A stretch of 64,000 bases of DNA from Lama guanicoe. Lineage: Eukaryota. A model generated the notes under the pieces. That model was not told the DNA's origin. It was given only the letters and a program-made list of their open reading frames with translations, and did no database searches. Below are positions 51,053 to 64,000 of the stretch, one piece after another. The first letter of the stretch is position 1; each line of letters begins with the position of its first letter. The stretch is taken from contig MU053994.1 in assembly GCA_013239625.1 (NCBI GenBank), positions 62,001 to 126,000 of the forward strand, read 5' to 3'. The translations under genes were made by a program, and so were the position numbers.

Positions 51053-53289
51053 GAACTACTTTTTAAATGTCTCACCATCACCTTGGGATGTAGGTGCTGC
51101 AAGTCACTGCGATCCCCTTTTTGTACATAAGGAAACTCAGGCTCTCAGACATTTAGTGTCTTGCAGGAAACAGAATTAAATCATCCAACTGACACTGGGT
51201 ACAGAATGGGTTACCAGGTACTTGTAATAAATCTTTAAAGCCAACAGTCAGTCTGCAAGAATGGGGTAAAACCTGTTTTTCTTTTCTGGTTTCCAGTGTT
51301 TTCTTGACTTGGGTTTCTTGACATGAGAAGGGAGAAGAAACAACTTTGAAATGGTATCTGGAACCAAATGTTTATCACTGAAATTCCCTGCTGAATCCCT
51401 TTCATGACTGGAAGATAATCACTAACTAGAGCAACCCATTCCTCATCACCCAGCATAATAATGGTCAGGGAGCATCAGGAAGCCCAGATGGAAGGCACTT
51501 GCTCATTCTGCACCAGCACACGTACCCCATTTGGAGACTAATTAAGAGAATAACAAACCTGGCCACATTGGCTAAGAGAGCTCCCCACTGGACTTTGCTG
51601 ATTTGGACACGTTTTTCATACGCACAGCATACTGGAAGAGAATTTCCCATTCTTGATACTTCTCTTTTCTGGGTAGTCTGATCATTGAAATCATGGTGTG
51701 CAGTGTTCTTGCCTGGTTATCTTCTCAACACCTGAGGTAAACCTCCACCCACTCCAGAGATTTCCTGAAAGCCTGGCTCTTACCTGTAACCCAGTAGATT
51801 CCAACTGAATCACAACCCCAAAAAGGCATCAAAAGTAAAAATCTAACCATGTGTTTATATTGACTTCGTACCCAAAAAAAAGTTTCCTTAACTTTTTAAT
51901 TTGGACTGGGAATTTTTTAGAAAACTTTACGTTTGGGTATGAGATGATTTCCTGCTCAATCATGGTACCCACAGGAAACCCAGGATTGTCGCTGGCTCTC
52001 TTGCGGACATGCCATGCAGTGGAATCGCTTTTACTGGCCCCACCCCTGAGGCAAGAGACACATCTTTGAGGCCACCATCTCCCCCAAATTCCAGGAGGGA
52101 GGGGGGCCCACCTCCAAACTACCTATAGATCCCCAAGCCTTTCTAGGGGATTATAGAATCTCTCCTAATGCGTAGCACAAGGGGATGTGGCTAGGAACTC
52201 CACTCTGACTTTCAAATTCCTGGTTTCTGTTCCACGTCAGCTCTTTGCACTTTGAACAGCTGTATCTTCATACATCCTGACTCTACATATCCTTCAAGTC
52301 TATTGTTTATCAACTTGACTTACTAAAATACAGGTTTTAACAACTAAAAAGCTTTTTTTCCTCAAAGCTTTGATTTCCATGGCCATCAGATAGCTTATTT
52401 GTGTCTCTAAGCAGAAGCCTATGCTACCCCCGGAATGGTGGGGCAAAAGATTGGGGGAAATGAATTGCTGGAGGAAAACACCTAAGTTAGTGTCAGGTGC
52501 TTGCTGTTATATAGGTGTTTGGCGGGATACTGGAGGGGCTTTCTGCGTTCCATCTGGGTGGGCAGACCGATACTCCAGGCATTTTGGACTGTTGCTTGCT
52601 GATGTTGGCAGTGGTTGCTATAAAGCTAGCAAAGACTGCCACTTCAGAGGGCATGTGGACGGGACACTTGCCCTGGAAAGAGCTGTGTGGTGAGGCAAGC
52701 TTTGTGCGGTTTGGTCCCTTTCATTCATCTCCTTAACAAAGGTCAGCTCTCCTGGGCTGGGCATGGAGGTGGTTCCCTCAGAGCACGACCTTTAGGCAGG
52801 GCCAAGAAACAGCATGGGCTTTATGGCTCCTTGGTCTCTTCGTACTCAGAGCCCAGCCCAATAGGAACATTTCACAATAAACACCTCTGTTCAAGGATCT
52901 GCAGAGGGAATCGGTTAAACTAATGACACTGTTTAAACGAAACCACTGAAGAATTGCTTTCTATTTTTCAGATCTCTTAATTTATTTTAATACAATGCAA
53001 ACAAATTTTTATTTAAAGAACCAAACCCATGCAAGATAGCCAAACACACAGAGACCTTATGTGCTACAAATACAGGAGAGGGAATTTGGGTCCGTTTTGA
53101 TAATGGCAGCAGGGAGCCCCTCCCTGCCATCACCCATTGCCCCATTTTCCCCCAGTGGAAATGCCATTTCCTCATTCCCAAGGCCTCAGACTGTTTCAGA
53201 CGCACAGAGGCCGTCATCTTGCAGGGGTGTGTGCTCATGTGCGTGTCCCTCGGTGCTAGGAGTGGGGACTGGCGGGATGTCCGAGAGCA

Positions 53290-53575
53290 GACAGATGAGA
53301 GACCACCAAGCAGCCCCTCCCCCATCTTATCTTCTTTCTTCACATACTGTTTGAGGGGGCGGTGGGAAGAGCGCCCTCTTCCTCAGTATTCCCTTCCGCA
53401 CACTTTTCATGAGCACTGTTTTCTTTTTTTATTTGCTGATCAATAAAGCCAAGGGTAGGTCTTGTCTGTTCCCAGAGATAAAGAACTCCACGCATAACTG
53501 GTCTTTATCCAGCCCAACAAGCGCGGTTTCTCTTTGTTTTTCACAGTGTTTCTGAGAGATAAGAGGAAACCACCC
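53290..53575. promoter_or_regulatory. Candidate GATA/TAL1/KLF-type enhancer or alternative promoter
   Basis: CAGATG 53292-53297, TTATCT 53327-53332, GC box ggggcggtggg near 53355, CTG-N7-AGATAA 53466-53481, TG-N8-AGATAA 53547-53562, CACCC near 53571. Motif evidence only. Confidence 0.4.
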
Positions 53576-56078
53576 AGACATGATGCATGACTGAGGAGGT
53601 TTTGAAACATTTTATAGACTCATTCTCCTTTCAGAGCTGTAGATCAGGGATGGAAAGAAAAAGAGAGGGCAGCACATAGCACTCAAGTTGATTTTCTTTT
53701 TTTGGGTCGGAAACAAGCAGATGGAGAGACAGCAAGAGAGAGGGAGAGAGAGAGAAGCATGAATAAATGTTCAGCTGAGGAAAGAATAATCCAATTTTCA
53801 ATTATTGGCACAGAAAGCAAATAGGGAGAATTTTAGTAATTCAAATGAGTATATACCCTGAAAATTCAGTGGCCTTTTTCTATCACAAAAATTGCGTGTC
53901 ATATTGGTTCAAGACCAATAGTGGGAGACAGGACCTCAGTTCAGGTGAAGAGTCACATCTATTCCCAGGGAATTATAGGATGGGACCAGGTTAGACTCCT
54001 CTTAAGTTCATGCATTTAAGGGTTTTAGCAGGTTTCTGAAAGTGAGCCAGGATGGAGGGGTTGATATGAGACAGATGATGCAAGGTATTAAGTTGAGTAA
54101 GGCTACATGTAAGATTGGTCAGTACTGATAAAGGCACAGAGAGAGTAAGATGTTTTTAAGAGCAAATGAAGTTGTGGTCGCAATTCGAGTAGATGCAGAG
54201 GAGAAAATCATTTAGGAGAAATGTGCCATTCAGCTAAGGAAAGACCCAAGGCTGAGCCCTGAAATGATGGCAGGAAGGCGTGGGAAGATGGGGTCTTCAG
54301 CAATGTTAGACAGAGAGGAGGAGTAAACCCAAGAGGCAAAGATAAGTAGCTAATAAACGGGAAATTGAAGTTGAAAGCCATGACATAGTTGTTTCTGAGC
54401 AACCAGATGGAAAGCAAGGAGCTGGTAAAATCTTAGTGAAGCTGATATGTGACATACTCTGTGTTACTCTTTCTTTCCACCCTTCGGCTCCCAACTCTTA
54501 GCTGCTCTATTATAGACTTTGTCTGTGTCTGTCCCCAGAACTGGATAGTAAGTTCCCTGGAGGGAAAAAACATGTCCCAGGCTTTCTAGAATTCCCTCCA
54601 CAATACCTACCACAGGGCCTCACTGGGAGATTAGCTGAGTAATGTTAATTGGCATAATTAATTAATGAACAACTTCTTTATGTAATTATTTTTCCAAATT
54701 AAATGCTAGATTTGAAGAGGCCAAAACCTGGATCATGTTTTGCCATTCTAATGTTGGGGAAATCAGAGGAACAAATTGTGACTTAAGAAATCATTAGTTA
54801 TTTCAAAAGGAATTGCTGAGTCTTATGGCAGTTATCAGGTAGGCAGATTTTATGTGTGAGCCTTAGGAAAGAGGCCAAAATCCACTAGACTGTTCTTTGA
54901 TCCCCAATTCATCAGTCAGGCCAAAGCTGAACTTCAGGCGACTTTTTTTTTCTTCTCTGACTAGTACTTTTCTTGTGCAGGTCTGCCCTTTTGGAAGGGT
55001 GGCTTCATGAGAGTAAAGAACTTGTCATCATGTTCACTGTTGTATCTCTGGCATCTCAAACAGGCTTTCCTGGCATACAGTAAGCACTTCAGACATAATT
55101 GTGGAAGGAAGGGAAAGAGGGAAGCAGGGCACAAATAAAGGAAAGAGGTGAGGGGGTTCTGCTTCTCATGCCAGTACCCCTGGCACTTACTCATCAGTTG
55201 CCAAAGGCCCCTCAGGCTCAATGTTAGGAACCAAGGATACCAAAATGATGAGGTGCCACAGTCTTTGCATCTGGTCATCTGGCAGAGAGAGAGAGACAGA
55301 GAGATAACACAACAGGTGCTGTGCCGAAGAATCACAGTGACATGAGGAGTGTGCCTGCCGAAGGGCTCCATCTCACCTGCCCCAAGGAAGAGTAGGGGGC
55401 GGAGGACATCGCAGACTTGAGCAGAATCCTAATGAACTCAATGATGCTTGGTAGGCTTGAGGACATTTTAATGTCTATAGTCCCCAAACTGACTGTAGGT
55501 AGGATGAATAAAATCTGGAAGACTGCAAGTCACTGCAATTGAGCCATTCTCTATGCAGGGTGATTTTGATAGTGAAAGTTATTTTGCCTCGGTACTTACT
55601 GGACTTTGGTTTCATTCAGGGAATGCAAAAGGCCACAGCGAGTCTGTCAGGCAGCAGCTAATCAGAATTGTGACTTTATAAGCACAGGCTAAATGACACA
55701 AATTGAAGGCCCATTGTCTGGGCCAGACCTGCACCATACATCAGGAGTAACAGCTTTGTCAAGCATGATTGCTTCGGACCAGTCTTTGTTTCTTCCTGAA
55801 CAACTTCTTGTTTCTGTGACAAGGACTAATGATGTAACAGCTGTCAGGTGGTCTTTGCACTTTATAAAATCCTGTAGCAGTAAAGGTGTGTATTTCCCAT
55901 CAAAACAGCAAATTTTATGAACAGGGTAGATAAACTTGACAGCAAAGAGAGAATCAGTGGTTTAAAAAAAAAAGATATGGTGGGCTAAGCTTATTTACAG
56001 ATAGGAAAAGGATTGGGGAGATAGGCCTTTTAAGCAAGGAAATCCAGTCTCTGAGGAACCATGAAGATCATGACTTGA

Positions 56079-56234
<156 letters not shown>

Positions 56235-56619
56235 TGAAGGGGTTGGCAAAGGCCTGGAGGACAAAGGGAGTCTCTATGTCAGCTCTGACTAAAGACTGGA
56301 AGATTCTGGTTTTGACGTAGGTCATCACCATTGCTTTAACTGGGGACACTTTAAAATGCCATTGAAAAACAAATATCGGTAGATACTACAAATCACAATT
56401 TCATATTTGTTTTCAGAGTCTGCCTGTCAGAAATGTAGCTATTTTAACTATTCCTTTCACAAAGGATGAAAATTCTTGTTCTAGACTGTGAATTCATTAG
56501 CCCAGTTTTGCTGAAAGTTTGTGAGCAGTTTATACACTCACTGCCAGTAGTAACTATTCCTATTCACAGGGAAACAGGATTCAGCTACTGACATTTTAAA
56601 GAATTTTTTTTAATTGTTA

Positions 56620-56818
56620 TTTTTTATTGAAGTGTAGTCGATTTACGTTGTTTCGGAAACTATTCAGTTACATATATACATACATCTTTTTCAGATTCTT
56701 TTCCATTATAAGTTATTACAAGAAATTGAATATAGTTCCCTGTGCTATGCAGGAGATCCCTGTTGTTTATCTATTTTATACATAGTAATGTGTATCTGTG
56801 AATCCCAAACTCCTAATC
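56620..56818 (-). mobile_element. Short lineage L1 3' end
   Basis: ttttattgaagtgtagtcgatttac...aatatagttccctgtgctat...aatcccaaactcctaa. Confidence 0.88.
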
Positions 56819-57547
56819 AAGTTATTAACATTAGTGGGTTAATAACAGGCTACTGAATCACAGTGGCTACTTTTGAGATCTGGGGTATGTAAAGTGAAAG
56901 TTAGTTCATCCCCTTTTGAATTATTCAGTGGCTCCCCATCACTCCTTTCCAGCATGACTTACAAGGCTCCTTGTAGATCACCTGCCTCCTCCTCCAAACT
57001 CAAGCTTTCTTTCTCCCTTTCCTGGTTCTGTCCAGCATAGTCTCCATCAAGTAAAGTGTTCTCACATCTTTGCCACCTTTGTTCCTGTTCCTTTTGCCTA
57101 GAATGCCTGGCTTCCCCTGACCCGTTCATCAATCTGTCATACACACTTCACCTAGACTTGAAGATTCTGCTCCAGTATTATTAGATCTATTGAGAAACTT
57201 TGTGCTTCTGGAAAAAAAGGGTTTCTTGAACCCTGTCTGGAAAAACATTCAAGTTTACCCAAAACCAAAATTGGTTAGTGTCCGGTCACCCTGCCACACT
57301 TCTGTTGGCACCCTTATGACAGCACACTGTCATTAGTGCTTTACCTGTCCAACTGCATTAGCAGGCCCTGGGCACCTTCAGGATAAGGAGTTTCTCTCAT
57401 ATATTTTTATGATCCCTGGACCTTTACCAAGAGCCTGTATGTAATGAGGGTCCCCAAATGAATGAATGAGTGACTTATGAACAGCTTCAGCAATGAGCAA
57501 AGAGACTAACAGTTCTCTGAACGTTTTCTCAAAGAACCTTTAAGTTC

Positions 57548-57912
57548 CTGTCCAAGTTTCCCTAGAATCAGGGCCTGAGACAAGGATTTGGGTATAAATG
57601 ATTTATTTGGGAGGTGATCCCAGAAAGTGTTGATAGAAGAATGCAGAAGTGAGATAGTAGAGAAAGTTAATAAGGATATGATAATGAGTAACTCTGGGTA
57701 ACTGAGGCTCAGCTCCACTGGGGACTCTTCTAGTGTGTATAGACCATACCTCAGAATCGTCCCACCCAAGGGATGAGGGAGTTGGTCTATTCATCCACCA
57801 ACTCCCTGCCTTATGGATTGAAGGCTGCTCCCAGAGCTGTTAATTTCCTAGGATTTCAGCCCTGCCTCTGCGGGCTGAGCACACTCCCATGGCCAGAGAA
57901 AGCCTCAGGCAG
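57548..57912. mobile_element. MaLR (MLT1J-like) LTR
   Basis: tgtccaagtttccctagaatcagggcctgagacaaggatttggg...tttatttgggaggtgatcccagaaag. Confidence 0.78.
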
Positions 57913-58379
57913 AATGATAGGCAAAATGATATTGTCTGCTAGAGTTCCCTAACAGAACTATTCCTTTCATTTTCTCCTTTCTTAGAGAAATTAATATTCT
58001 AGCCATTTACATATACATATAGCACAAACCAGATTTCTATCTAATGCTGAAATATTTTCCTTGAAAGCAAAACTTTTTTCCTAACAATTTAAAATCCAGT
58101 GAAAGAAAGGTCCCTTCAAGTTTCGTGGCCGAATTTCAAGAAGAATAGAATTTTCGACTAGATACAACCAGAAGGCTATTTCTGGGGAGTCAAGAGTTCT
58201 GAGTGCCCGAATGCAAAGAGAAAACTTTAACAACATTATAGAGTTGAGTTTAAAGAGGAAGCCCTTGGAATATGTTGACCCCAGCACCACCCACCAATCA
58301 CCATTCTACTCATTAGAAGTGAGTGAAGACTCCTACAGTAGCTGGGCTGGCTTTTAGCTTTGCTGAACTAATTCCTTCT

Positions 58380-58858
58380 CCAAAGCAGGCTAAGGGCTTT
58401 GCTCATGCAGTACCCCTTACTAGAACTCCTAGGAATTCTCCAAAACTTTGCTCAGTTGATTCTACCTGTATGGAACCTTCAGCGCCCCCTCCATTCCGAG
58501 GCCACATTAAGCTCTCCTTCCTCGGTTCTCTTTTAGCTTCTGGAACGCATCTCTGATAGAGCATTTATCACCGCATGTTCTAATTATTTATTAACAAGTC
58601 TGACTTTCTCACTGGACTGGATGGGACGGTCTTCAAGGGTATGGAGCAAGCCATATTCATCTGTGTAGCCCCAGGGCTTGGACAATGCTCAGTACACAGT
58701 GTGAAGGCTTAAGTAAATTAATACCAATTACTAATGTTTAGCTTTACAGAAGAAAGGATTTAATCTGTTTTGCTTACTGATCTCTCTTCAGCACCTAGAA
58801 CAGTATCTGGCACATAGTAGGTGCTTAATTCTCATGTGTTGAATGAATGAATGAATGT
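58380..58858 (-). mobile_element. L2 3' fragments
   Basis: agggctttgctcatgcagt...cagcacctagaacagtatctggcacatagtaggtgctta...gaatgaatgaatgaat. Confidence 0.75.
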
Positions 58859-58955
58859 TGAGGATACCTAGAACAAATTATTTTCAAGTACTTTAGGAAC
58901 ATTTTCATAAAAGCTATTTTTTTATGAAGTTTAATAAAATATACTTTCTCTAAAA

Positions 58956-59178
58956 CAGGAGTCGATCACTAAAATTTTCTATAAAAGGATACGTAATACA
59001 TATTTTAGGCTTTGTGGCCATATGGTCTCTGTCACAAATACAACTTTGCCATTGTAGCACAAAAGCCGTCATAGACAATATACAAGGGAATGAGGGTGGC
59101 TGTATTTCAATAAAACTTTATTTACAAAACAGGCACTGGGGGGATTTGGCCTGCAGGCTGTGGTTTGCCCACCCCTCT
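58956..59178. mobile_element. MER58A hAT MITE
   Basis: attttaggctttgtggccatatggtctctgtcac...gtggctgtatttcaataaaactttatttacaaaacagg...ggatttggcctgcagg. Confidence 0.88.
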
Positions 59179-59325
59179 CTAACGTATGTTCCCCAGAAGC
59201 CTAGTTCTTAGGCAACTCAGTTATCATATTACTATGTGTGCTGTCAAATAATATTGCCATTCTTTTTTTTTTTACCATGATTGTTTTTTCACTACATTAA
59301 ACTGGTTCTCCTCCCAATTACATAA

Positions 59326-59619
<294 letters not shown>

Positions 59620-59772
59620 TGAGAAGTGAGGGTATTTCTCATCTTACACTATTACCAAGTGAGATAAAAGGCCAAGATGAAACTTTTCAAAGCCGCAAAA
59701 GTTTCCATCTGGAAAGGCCCTCCAGAAATGATCCCGTATTTTAAAAATATATGCTCTGCATACAAATTAAAA

Positions 59773-60052
59773 GTCGTACTGTCCAATAAAATATAGTATG
59801 AGCCACATATGAAATTAAATTTTTAGTAGCCTGATTAGAAACATAGAAACAGATGAAATTAATTTTAATAATAGCTATAACCCAATATACCCAAATATTA
59901 TTTCAACATGCAACCAATTTAAAAATCAAGTGATTTTGCATTTTAAAAAATATTTAGTCTTCAAAATCCCATGTATATGTTATACTTACCTCCCATCTCA
60001 GTTCAGACTAGCCACATTGCAACTGCTCAGTGGCTTCATTGGACAGTGCAGA
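59773..60052. mobile_element. MER33 hAT-Charlie element
   Basis: ctgtccaataaaatatag...gagccacatatg...catctcagttcagactagccacattgcaactgctc...ttggacagtgcag. Confidence 0.85.
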
Positions 60053-60057
60053 CCTGG

Positions 60058-60225
60058 AGCCTGACAATTCAAAATGTAGTCCCTGAGCTAATGGCCTGGG
60101 CAACCTGGGAACTGGTTAGGAATATAGAATCTCAGGCCACACCTTAGCCCCACTGAATCAGAATCTGCATTTTAACAAGATCCCTAGGTGATTTGTATGC
60201 ACATTAAGGTGTGAGGTAGACTGTT
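60058..60225. mobile_element. MER5A1-like hAT MITE
   Basis: cctgggaactggttaggaatatagaatctcaggcc...ctgaatcagaatctgcattttaacaagatccctaggtgatttgtatgcacattaa. Confidence 0.82.
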
Positions 60226-61888
60226 CTGTAATTCTTCAAATGTGGGTTTCCACTGTCACCTAAAAAAAATCTAGAGAAATGAGAAGCCATCTGTAGTGAA
60301 CTCTCAGGAGCTGAGCCTAGAAATTTATCAGACCTCATCTTTTCCTTAAAAAAAAAAATCCCATTACACTGCTAATTAGGCCTGAGAGCAGTGGCAATTC
60401 GAAAGAAGTTAAATTCAAATGAAACAATTAATTTTGGTTGATTGGCCAGGGGAGAGACTTGAAATACCAATATACCACAAAAATTTTTGATTAGGAGTAT
60501 ATTTAATTTTCAAGGCTATGCTTCAGTGCCATGAGTACAGCTTTAAAATGTATTTGATTTCTCTTTAGTTACCTGATTTTTATTACTTCCTTTCCCTTCC
60601 TTACCTAATTAATGTTCTTTAATCCAATTGAATTTCATTTTTTCCTTGGTACAGTTTGAGTTGACAAAAATAGTGTGAGTCTTAGCCCATTGGCCGTATT
60701 TTCTCTGCCTGCCACTTTTACTGAAGGAAGGACTTCAAAGGCTCCTCTGCGTACTTGTGCCAGCTCCAGGGTAGTGTGCATTATGTCCAAGCTAATTCTC
60801 ACCAGTGATAATTTGAGCCCATGTTTTCTTGCTTTGAACTTCTTGAAGGAAAACAACACTTATTTACCATTCTGGAACTATCTCTTCATGTGATGCTCAA
60901 CACTCCCATTTCCCATTCCCTTTAATCATTTTCAGTGATGGTCTTTGGATATCCTCCAAGCACGCCAGGATCCTTGAATTTTGGAGATGTCCCAAATTAA
61001 ATACAGCATATTTTTAAAGGATTCAGTGTATAGTAAAAGCCCTGTAAAGAATGGGAAGATAGTCTCCTAAAATGAATGGCTGGGTCACTTAATTGATGTG
61101 GGTGTTTTGAAGGGCAGTTATTCCATTCTTTTTGTACATCACATCCCATCTGTCTTTGTAAATCATGTACCATAACAGTACAGCGTAGGATGTATCACCT
61201 TGGGGACTTTATTTATCCTCATCTATCATTCATGTTCAGTATCTCGGCAAGATTAAACATAGGTTGCAAAGCAAAATCATTCAACCCACGTAGTCACTGG
61301 ACTACCCAAAATAAACCAATTCACAAGTGAATAAAGAACCAAATGGAGCCCATTATGTCTGCCAGCCCGCACTTCCATCTCAAGGGGCTTGGTCTTCCTT
61401 TTAAGAGATTTGCTAAAAATAGCGTCGAGAGTGATTATAAATCTGATAAGTGCCGGTCAAAGACCATCAGGGTATCTCTGAAGTTAGCAACGGTAAGCTC
61501 TCCAAAATTTCTGAAACAGGAGATGACCTAGAAAAATAATTTTCACTTGTTTGAGGAAAACATTTTCTGAGAGGAAATTTATGAACAGTGCAGATGGTTT
61601 GGGGAAGCAGAATGATTCTGTGATTAAAAACCTGCCAGAGATGATCCACAATGTGGAACTTCATCAGTGATACCTTATTTCCCACTATAATTGTTTCCTT
61701 CAACCCACCTCTACAGATGACAGCAGCATGGATATACTTCTTGACTCTAAGTTAACAACACTGGGTTCTGATTGTAGCTCCAGGAGTCACCAGCTAAGTG
61801 ACCTTGAGGGAACCACTGTTTCTTTTGTGCCTTTGTTTCTTCATCTGTGAAATGAGCATGTTGAGACAGAGCAGTGAAGCTCAGTCTT

Positions 61889-62246
61889 GTTTTTTTTTTT
61901 AATTGAAGTATAGTCAGTTTTCAATGTTGTGTCCATTTCTGAGATACAGCATAATAGTTCAGTCATATGTATACATATGTATATTCATTTTCATATTCTT
62001 TTTCATTATAGGTTACTACAAGATATCGAATATAGTTCCCTGTGCTATTCAGTATAAGCTTGTTGTTTATCTATTTTATATATAGTAGTTAGTGATTGTC
62101 ATTCTACGTGAAGTAAGCCAGAAAGAGAAGGAAAAATACCATATGATATCATTTCTTGTATGTGGAATCTAAAAAAAAGACAAACTTATTTACAAAACAG
62201 AAACAGACTCAAAAACATAGAAAACAAACTTATGGTTACCAGGGGA
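61889..62246 (-). mobile_element. Lineage L1 3' end with 5' inversion (twin priming)
   Basis: 61889-62093 is the antisense L1 terminus; 62094-62246 is the sense-oriented upstream L1 segment (gaagtaagccagaaagag...ggttaccagggga). Confidence 0.9.
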
Positions 62247-63368
62247 GTTCCGAGTCTTTTTATCACCACAGACTGTTTTTATACAGTGGACCCTCACCAT
62301 TCCTGAGGGTTATGTCCCAAAAGGTTAGTAGACACCTACATTTATAAATACCCAGTGTGGCATTGAGTTTTTCTCACTAAATGCAATGAAGTAGAGCAGG
62401 CACGTTCATGTGACCCCTTCCTAGCCTTAATGATTCTGAAATACAGGAAGAAAGTCATTTACAAAATCATTAAAACAAATGCTGTGGCTAAAATAAACTC
62501 AAGATCACATTATGTTCTGTCATTACTGTGGTAACACTGACAGGGCATTTCCTTTACGCTGTGTGAAACACAGGTGTAGCTTTCTTTTTTTTTTTTGAAT
62601 CATTTCATGAGGACTTCTGGGTAGGTGACTTTGACTAGAGAACAGCACGGGCTTTTGCAGTCACTAAGCTTGCTAGCACACTGTACAATGCGTGCTTTAG
62701 TGAAATTACAGATCCCAAAATGGACCTGTGAACTGATTCTCTAGGATGTTGAAACTGTATGTGCCAAGTTTGGCTATCATGAGGCTCTGCTAGATTGCAT
62801 GTTTTCTGAGATTTAGCCTCCCAAACCGTATTTCTTAAGTAATAATTTCTTTTCCCAGTCGTATTTGGCAAAGACATATATCATTGCTGCCTCAGGTTTC
62901 TTACCAATGCACAATAATCAGTGTTCCCATGACGAAATGACACTGTTCCCATAAAAAGCACCATTCTGTCCTTTTAAAGTAAACCACCCAATTGTGGGTT
63001 TCATTAGGTCAGGTTAGGAGACAACAGGTCTAGAAGTTTTTCAGGGTCCCTTCCAGGTACCATTCTGTGATCCAGGCTGCAGGAAGAGGCCCCTTCTCTC
63101 TGGCCAGAACCACAGGATCCATACCTAGTAAGCTGGTTGGGCCTAATGGCCTGGTATAGCAACTGGACCATCTCATCCATTCTTCCTTCCACATCTCTGA
63201 TCGCTGGGCTGAGAGAAGGGATGTTACATGGTCAGCAGACATTTGCAGAGGCCTTGCCATGTGTCAACCACCACACCACAGACAGGGGAGCAAAAATGAG
63301 TAAGACAGAGTACTTGCCCTTGGGTAGTTGGCACTATACTAGGCAGACATGAAAACAGGTAATTCCAA

Positions 63369-63648
63369 CAGACTCAGAGATACAGAGAACAAACTAGTGG
63401 GTACCAGTGGAGAAATGGAGGGGGGAGGGGCAAGATAGAGGTATGGGCTTAAAAGATATGAACTACTATGTATAAAATAGATAAACAACAAGGATATATT
63501 GTACAGCCCAGGGAATTAGTCATTACCTTATAACTTTTAATGGAGTATAGTTTGTAAAAGTACTGAATCACTATGTTGTACACCTGAAACTAGTATAATA
63601 TTGTGAATCAACTATACTGCTATAAAATTATTTATTAATATTAAAAAA
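63369..63648 (+). mobile_element. L1 3' end inserted in an L2-like relic
   Basis: cagactcagagatacagagaacaaactagtgggtaccag...ctgaatcactatgttgtacacctgaaact...aactatact. Confidence 0.87.
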
Positions 63649-64000
63649 GCAGGTCATGTTAATATGATACTGTTTAAGTGCTAAGGTTTGTATAAGGAGT
63701 GCTGGGAGCTCAGAGGAGGGATTTCTTATCCTCCTCCAGATTCCAGGAAGGCTTCCTGGAAGAGGTGATGCCTGAGATAAGCTGACCAGACTAAGAAAGC
63801 TAGGATGTTTCTTCCAAGAAAAGTCAGAAAGAGGCATGGAACCACATGGTGAAGGAAGGGAAACTGCGGGTGATTTGGTTTTAGGGAAGTAAAAAGCTTC
63901 ATGTAGGGAGCGGAGGAGAATGGCAGGAGGTCAGAAAGGGCTCTCTGTGTCTCACTTGGAGATTAGCTCACCTAGATTCCAGGGGGAAGCTATGAAGCAC

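Overview
This is mammalian genomic DNA, most likely from a camelid: six tRNA-Ala(AGC)-derived SINEs match the camelid Vic-1 type as I recall it. The window lies inside LANCL3 (LanC-like protein 3) on the + strand and holds two internal coding exons, 56106-56229 and 59354-59551. They splice in frame and encode the LanC GAAHG and HWCHGAPG motifs. Everything else looks intronic and is dense in repeats (MIR, L2, HAL1/L1M, lineage L1 3' ends, MaLR/ERV LTRs, hAT MER5/MER33/MER58, TcMar MER2/Tigger/Kanga). Nearly all short ORFs in the track are repeat-derived or chance. I found no supportable new multi-gene system. The best leads are a TSD-bounded chimera of an L1 3' end with a 110-bp CpG-rich non-L1 segment (50508-51052), a GATA/E-box/CACCC cluster 2.5 kb upstream of the first exon, a strongly GC-shifted old L1 copy, a twin-primed L1 and a tiny fold-back insertion. 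Repeat names come from recalled consensus sequences, and repeat boundaries are approximate unless TSDs are quoted.
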